This document shows, in pieces, positions 57,157 to 64,000 of a stretch of DNA of 64,000 nucleotides. Location: NCBI GenBank assembly GCA_020137815.1, contig CM035352.1, positions 372,001 to 436,000 of the forward strand, read 5' to 3'. Numbering within the stretch: position 1 is the stretch's first letter; every line of letters begins with the position of its first letter. This DNA is from Hormiphora californensis. Lineage: Eukaryota; Animalia; Ctenophora. The notes under the pieces were generated by a model, which did not search any database, had not been told where the DNA came from, and saw nothing but the letters and a program-made list of their open reading frames with translations. Made by a program: the position numbers and the translations under genes.

Positions 57157-59262
57157 CTACAAATACCATTCCTGATCCTTTCCATTGGGGGTCAGTTCGC
57201 TGAACTCATCCTGGCCTCCGAACTCATCTGCAGGAACTGGAGCCCCCTCCTTGGTCTCCTCCAGCTTGTAGCTACCCTTATCCCTGAAGTGGAACCGGTA
57301 CCCCACATACAGCAAGATGATAACGATTATGATGGCTGAGATGACCACAACTATAACAATAGTTATTATAGACTTGTTCTCTTTGTCCCTGTTGTCTGTC
57401 CCTGTTGCTGTCTTCTCCTGTACTGGATCGATATTGTCATTCACTGTGTAATCCTCCACATTATTATCATCCTTCTCTTCTTCCTCTTCTTCTGTATCTT
57501 CCTCCTTTTCGGGTGTCTCAGGGTCTTTCTTGGGCTCAGTAGCAACTATGTCATCACTTTGTGGCTCAGTAGCAACTATGTCATCACTTTGTGGCTCAGT
57601 AGCAACTATGTCATCACTCTGTGGCTCCGTAGTTTCTACCACTTTGTTTGTAACAATGATCTCTCCCTCTGTAGTAGCTATTGGTACTGTCTCGGTGGGG
57701 CATACCACCTCCTCACCTCCACAGTCCTCTCCAATGTGAAACTTCACTCCCTCGGTCAGGGTGAATCCTGTGTTACAAATGGTATCAAGATCTAGCAGAT
57801 CGACACCAGGTAAAGCCAGGATTGAAAAACAGCCCTTGATATTGGAAACAGTGACTTTGGACATCAGCATCGTCTTCCTTTCTTCAATTGGGTTCAGGAT
57901 CTGTGAAGTACCTGGGGGGTGATACTATTATTGTTTGTTGGGCATGGTGTACCCTCTCTTCTTGGGAAGAGCCCCCGAACTAGACGTAGCACACAATAAC
58001 GTGAGAGAGTACAGCTCAGGAGGGAGAGAAAGAGAGGGGGTATCATTGTAGGAGGGAGAGGAAGAGAGGGGATATCATACCCAAGTTGGGAATTACCCAA
58101 CATTGTTTGGAGGTTCAAGATCTGTGAAGTATATGGTGGGTAGTGGGATATAATAGCGTGGTACGTCACACACATGTAGAGTGGTACGTCACACACATGT
58201 ACATAATAACATTTGTCTCCTACTAGGGTAATACTGCAGTGTTCCTTAGCAAAGCACATGTTTAGTAGCAGTAAATGATAACAGTATACATGTGTTTACT
58301 AAGGAACACTGCGAATTATCAACATTTTAGTAAAGCCAGCTATACTTAGTACTTACAATAGAAAGAGTCAAGACCCTCAATGGCTAGAGCAAATGTAGTG
58401 TTAGTTTTCTCCCATATGATCTCTCTCTGGTCTAGGTCGGCACCCTGGGTAGTCAAACAGAACGCGCCATCTGCCTGTGCTCCTGGATTACTTAGACCTG
58501 TTAGAAATCTAGATATAGGTTTGTATAGGTAACAGTGGGTAACACTTAACAGTGGGTAACAATGGGTAACAGTGGGTAATGGTGGGTAACACTTAACAGT
58601 GGGTAACAGTAGGTAACAGTGGGTAACAATGGGTAACAGTGGGTAATGGTGGGTAACAGTAGGTAATAGTGGGTAACACTTAACAGTGTGTAACAGTACC
58701 TGTATGTAGAGATACAGTCATGATATTCCCTTGGAAACTGTCAGTACTTTTCACTATTACTAAATCAAACATCGTATCAGTCTCATCCCGGGCTGACTCT
58801 ATGAATATCAACTCAGTTTCTGAAAAGGAGTAATTGCTGTGTAAAAAACGAAAAGGGGATCGAGCTAGGCAAGGATGATACTTGAGAAGTGTATTACTTA
58901 CCACTATTGACCCAGACTTTATTTTTGAATTTCTCCTCAAGATCCAGCTTAAAATGAAGTTTAGCAAAGGTGTAGTCAAATGGAGTTGGGTATGTGTAAA
59001 CTAAGGAGTCTTTAGATCGTGAAAATGATACCGAATCTGAAAGGTTTTTATTTGATATTTATTATCATTTATTACCTGAGCTAATAATGAAGAATTAAAT
59101 TTTAATTGATCTTGATAATATCAGAAATGAGTAGCCAATCAGAAATCAGTATAGTAGTAACTAGTAACTGAAATCACCTGCCTAGAATGTTTTAAAATGA
59201 TACTTACACTGTGACGCTGCTCCTAAGAAGAGAATCTGAAGTAGAAAACATATCCGCGTCAT
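57157..59262 (-). CDS. Short neurexin-like cell-adhesion protein (signal peptide, putative single LamG, acidic/Thr-rich stalk, TM, 4.1-binding and PDZ-binding motifs)
   Basis: Exons 59262-59208 (MTRICFLLQILFLGAASQ), 59036-58902, 58819-58700 and 58497-58357 are phase-consistent. The linking exon(s) to the last exon 57900-57157 are unresolved. Tail YRFHFRDKGSYKLEETK...GKDQEWYL* resembles neurexin YRNRDEGSY...KDKEYYV. IKGCF...DLLDL...GV...C resembles the end of a LamG domain. Confidence 0.75.
58530..58697. repeat. Intronic minisatellite (AACAGTGGGT variants)
   Basis: Direct inspection. Confidence 0.85.
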
Positions 59263-59299
59263 CCCTAAAAATAGTTATAATGTTAGCAGATTATGCCTA

Positions 59300-59447
59300 G
59301 TAAAATTAGGGTTTGGTAGCTTAGTGGTTTATAGCTCCGAGCATGTCTCTTTGGAGGTCCCTGGTTCAATTCCCGGTCAAACCCAGTATTTTTCGATTTT
59401 CTTCCCTATTTAATTCTTGCTCTGAACTCATTATTCAGAAATTAGGA
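59300..59447 (+). mobile_element. tRNA-derived SINE / tRNA retropseudogene with 21-bp TSD
   Basis: GGTTTGG-TAGCTTAGTGG...GGTTCAATTCC-CGG-TCAAACC gives A/B boxes and an acceptor stem. Direct repeat AATGTTAGCAGATTATGCCTA at 59279-59299 and 59448-59468. Confidence 0.75.
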
Positions 59448-59995
59448 AATGTTAGCAGATTATGCCTAATAAAAAGATGACTGTCATAGATTCACTGCCA
59501 CGAACTAAAAACATTAGATACAACGAAAGTAGACGTACATAATCAAGTCGATAATCAACTAAAATCATTACATTATAATTTATATTATGATGTACTTGAG
59601 TCTTATACGTGGTCGCTAAGCTTTACAACACGAGAAAATCCTCTATACATCCTCTATGTATATCAGTTATGTTATACAGATGTAAGATAACTAATAACCG
59701 GCGTCACATGCTTTAAAAATTACATTAACTGTATTTCACAGTGTTGTGAGGCGAGTTTACTATCCACCCTGGTAATAGTTGAACTGTAAAAGGCAAACAT
59801 TGAGGAACTCGAACAGATACTGCAAACAACGTACAGCATATAGTTTAATCTGTCAGGGTCCTCCAGTAATTTAGCAAAAAACATGGGAGATGACAGACTG
59901 CTAAAAGAGTGAGAGTGTGAGAAAGAGGGAAAGAGGAAGAGAGGGGAGTGAGGGGAGTGAGAGGTCAGAATGAGAGAGTTCAGATGGTTGGAGAA

Positions 59996-60052
<57 letters not shown>

Positions 60053-60979
60053 AGAGGAGAGAGAAAGAGAGAAAGAGAAAGAAGAGAGAGGACTAGCGAT
60101 AGAGACCATTCGCCTTATATAGAGAGCTAGAGAGGAGCGAGAGAGGAGCGATAGCGCGCGAGCGATGCCTCCCTAGCTATGACGAAGCGATAGATTGATA
60201 TCTCTAGATAGATAAGTATGAGATAGAGAGTAGCGCGCCCTCTCTAAAAGGGGTTTTTCCGGTAATCGGTAATCAAAGCAGGGGAAGTTTATGAGTGAGT
60301 CTGTATACTAAACACATATCATGGGCCTCAATGGAGCAATCAGGCCATCATCAGCAGAGTGTAGCTACACATGTAGATCATATATCGGTGTCTGCCAAAA
60401 GAGATATTACACACGATATAACACACAATCTGTCACAATCAAGCTGTACTGCAGCAACAGAGAAGAGTTTTTAAATTCTCTCTTTCTCTCTCTGTCTCTC
60501 TCTCTCTGTCTCTCTCTGTCTCTCTCTGTCTCTCTCCTTCTACCTCTACCTCTACCTCTACCTCTATCTCCCTCTCTCCTTCTCCCTCTATCACTTGGCA
60601 CAAACATCACACACGCACAAGAATTTGCATTGTCAACAGGGAGAACCCAGGGAAATTCAGAAATGCAGCTCTGTGATTTCAACTCTCCTGGGAGCCCGGA
60701 TCATGTGCAGTAGTGGAACTGGCAAGATTATGTATACATCTTTCTCTCCCTATGTTTACATGGATGGACAACTAAAACTTCTGAACAATGGAAAGACTAG
60801 AAAATGAAATAATATCTATAAGTTAAAATATTGAGAGTATTTTGTGTGGTGTAGGAGGCGCGGTAGTTCATAGCGGTTTCTAGCATGCAGTAGGAAGATT
60901 ATCTAATGACAGACAGTCTCAAATTGAGACGAAATGAGAGGAAGAAGGATAGCAAAGGGATAGTGAGAGAGAGAGAAAT

Positions 60980-61017
<38 letters not shown>

Positions 61018-61691
61018 TGAGAGGGAGAGGTAGATGGGATAGAAGTAGAAAGTCTGCTTGCGTTGAATGTATACCACCTCAAACTATGATGTAATGTAAG
61101 ATGTAGTTTAACGAATTTAAATTCCCTTATTCGGGCGTGAAACTCCGAGAGTGAAAGAATGGGAGAGGCTCGAAGAGGTTTTTAAATACTTATTACTTGT
61201 AGGTGACCTAATTTAGTTCCCTGCTTGAATGCTGAAAGCACTCCCCTCCAGCTGTGAAGGTAGCTCTTGAATTATATATCGCAGCTAGGGAATGTTCAGA
61301 ATCGAATTTGTCGCATTCCATATCAGATCACTGGTTGTATGGAGAGGGAATGTACATTGTACACAATGTAGTGGATCAATATAGAGAAAGAGCCCTCTCA
61401 CCACAGCATCTTACCCTCTATTTTTCTTTTTTTGTCTCTCCCTACATTTCTCTCTACTGCTCTAGCTATTTGATAATGAGCGATTTGGCGCCAGTGATCT
61501 TCTCTCAGTCCCCTTGCTGTGCTTTATGACACACACTATTTGATGAAAGGGAATGAGGGGTCTACCTTCTAGACAGCTAGCTATAGTGTACCACGATATT
61601 ATAATAGTTGACAGCCGTATTGAGGGAAGGGAGGGTAGATAGACAGTGCCATACCAGCAGAGAGACAGGTAGAGAGAGTGAGAGAGTGAGA

Positions 61692-61819
<128 letters not shown>

Positions 61820-62194
61820 AAGAGATATAACAGCAGGAATGAGTGTGTCATGGGCCAGAGAGAACTATACCCCAACACGGAAGTCACGCCATTCTGGGCG
61901 TTCTGCCAATTACTCCTCCTCCTCCTCCTCCTCCTCCCCCTCCTCCCTCAGACAAGTGTAACGACATACACATGTAAGGGGTGGGTCTGGCTCTAGAGAG
62001 AGACTCTCTCAACATCCTAGTGAACACCATTTTTAATTAAGCTAATAGGTTAGTGAGACACAGCTTTCATCCTTATCCTCTAACACAGGGCTTCACCACT
62101 ACCAAACATGGGATAAACATCTAACGGTAACAAAACTCGAGAAATATATCTTGCTGGTCCAGTTAACAGAAATTAACTATTACTGATTAGAACC

Positions 62195-62475
62195 GGAGCA
62201 AAGCAAAGCTAGCAGGCCGACTAGGATAAATCCAGCGTCGGGGGTGCTGATATCCCTTTCAATGGCATTTTAGCCACGGTCCTTTCGGTACAGATTTCTT
62301 TGCATCATAGCCGGGTGCTAAACCCCACAACAGACGCACTCGTGTCACTTTCGGGTCTCTCAAGAGAGACCCTACCAATCATAGCTTGGTGGACTATACG
62401 ACATGCGCTAGACCAGGATCGAACCTGAACCTAGTGCGTGAGAGGCGAGTGTACTAGCCACTACACCAGTGATGT
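62195..62475 (-). mobile_element. tRNA-derived SINE
   Basis: A box TGGTGTAGTGG and B box GGTTCGATCCT on the minus strand. A 25-nt block is identical to 38019-38043. Confidence 0.7.
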
Positions 62476-63605
62476 AACACCATGGACCACCCTGCCACCA
62501 AAGAAACAGAAACGAATGTTGATAAGAATTTATTGATAAGAATTTATATTTCTATTATTTGCAGTGTTGACTGCAGATGCCGTGCGAAAAGCATGATGCA
62601 GCTGTAATATTAAAATTTACATGGGTGAGCCAATTTGGGTCCGGAGTCCGGACGCAACCACTGAACCGTTTTGGCTAATCCAAAGTTTATCGGATAGGAA
62701 ATGTCAAGGCCTAACCCCAACCCAAACCCCAGCCCTAAACCTACTTTGGCTCTAACCCTTAAAAAACCGTGAGTGCTGACTGGTGACACTTCAAACACCC
62801 AGATTTTAACGCTGGCCAAATTTTTAAAACCCCGGCCCCGGCAACTGAGACCTGTCAAACAAATAAAGCTAATTTAAATTATGCGTCGCAGTGTATTGTA
62901 ACGCGCGATCAAATGGTAAAAATGTTGCCAAAAACTATTTTTCTTAGGCCGCGCGCTGAAAATTTTTAAGCTGAGTTATATTTTTGGTCAACAATCTCGC
63001 AAAGGGCGCGATTATAATTAATCTGGGTGCCTTGCAGCCTGTTTACAGGTGCGCGCTACCAAAAGAGTACACTTAGACCGACTTTTTCTAAACGGCTATA
63101 GCCACGCAACCACATGGCCAATTTGAGTAAACTAAACGGTATCTGTTAGAGAATCGATAGCCCTAACCGATAACCTCAAACCAAACCCTAACCAGACCCT
63201 AACGGATAGCCCTAACCCGTCGCGCGCGCCAAAACTACGAATTGTTAGCAATGAAAGGCACCCAGATTTTAACGTTTTCCTCTCGCAAACTTTCATTTTC
63301 CCCGCTTGCGCCGGGTGGGAAGTGCGGGGTAAGTGGTAACCAGTGAATGCCGGCGTTCAGCCAGAGACAGATACAGAAGCCTTTTACAAAAAGCATAGGG
63401 GTTAAGAAATCTGTTATCTGCAGCAGATATCTTAATATTTTTAGCATGACTACAAAAGTGTCCCAAGGGTCCAAGTTCAATTGAACTGTTCATCTCTGTT
63501 AAGGATGAAGGACCAAAGCAATACTTGAAAAAAACTGTTGCTGATATATTTTGTAAATATTGATTCTATTCCATCGTGATTAAGTAATGACTAAAAACTG
63601 AATTT

Positions 63606-63702
63606 GGTATGTCAGAAGAACGTGTCCGTTTGTCTCATGAGGCCTCATGACGTGCCTCATGAGGCTTCATGATACAAACGGACACGTTCTTCCGACTTAA
63701 CC
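63606..63702. mobile_element. ~97-bp palindromic MITE with GG...CC ends and 7-8-bp TSD
   Basis: GAAGAACGTGTCCGTTTGT...ACAAACGGACACGTTCTTC, flanked by (C)TGAATTT on both sides. Confidence 0.65.
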
Positions 63703-64000
63703 TGAATTTTAGCTATTGTCATATATATATGATGATTGATGCCTTTGTATTAACAGCGTGAGTGGAAACAGAATTGAACACGCTTGATGTAGGTAGTAGA
63801 CCATAAATCTCCGAGTATTTTCCATTTTTCCCGCTCTCAAAAGACAGATGTTTCGCTGTGTTATATTTGTTACCAGTAGGGGGAAACTGTCTCTGCAATT
63901 GCTCTCTATCATACACACGTTCGGGCATGCACATTGCGCACACATAGTTTATGAGAGATTCCCCCCACTGGTAACCACAGATATAACACAGCGAAAAATG

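Noticed and set aside
57157-57870. Syndecan call for the ORF-track protein
   Set aside because: The tail ends EWYL rather than EFYA, there are no Ser-Gly sites, and upstream exons add a folded domain. Neurexin-like fits better.
59309-59386. Functional tRNA gene
   Set aside because: Irregular anticodon arm, a T-stem mismatch and a flanking TSD indicate a retroposed derivative.
62705-63220. Interstitial telomere
   Set aside because: Only short degenerate CCCTAA-like patches within repeat-like DNA.

Overview
Eukaryotic, invertebrate-type animal genomic DNA: short GT-AG introns, abundant (GA)n/(GT)n microsatellites, dense transposon remnants, and no prokaryotic features such as CRISPR or operons. 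The species cannot be fixed from the sequence. Five host genes are supported: an intronless BTB/BACK-like gene (+, 4768-6576), an intronless mu-type glutathione S-transferase (+, 30356-31063), RAB28 (-, 33612-35739, middle exons garbled), an 8-exon type I receptor with three 4-Cys Ig-like repeats, a TIL domain and a tyrosine-rich tail (+, 36309-39469), and a short neurexin-like gene with one putative LamG domain (-, 57157-59262). RAB28 and most exons of the last two are missed by the ORF track. All five genes have a splice-acceptor AG 2-27 nt before the ATG, which may indicate SL trans-splicing. Mobile DNA includes three subfamilies of Helentron/DINE-like non-autonomous elements with co-varying subterminal repeats that nest inside each other's microsatellites and flank the GST, and a ~9.6-kb triplication of a LINE+Penelope unit whose middle copy is a recombinant. 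It also includes hammerhead-like motifs in Penelope pLTRs and in an inverted solo pLTR, a long L2 RT ORF, tRNA-derived SINEs, and many MITE/foldback elements, among them a 1.6-kb palindrome. Several stretches (about 20.6-23.3 kb and 34.2-35.5 kb) look like low-quality consensus. All annotation was done by eye; boundaries of degenerate repeats are approximate.
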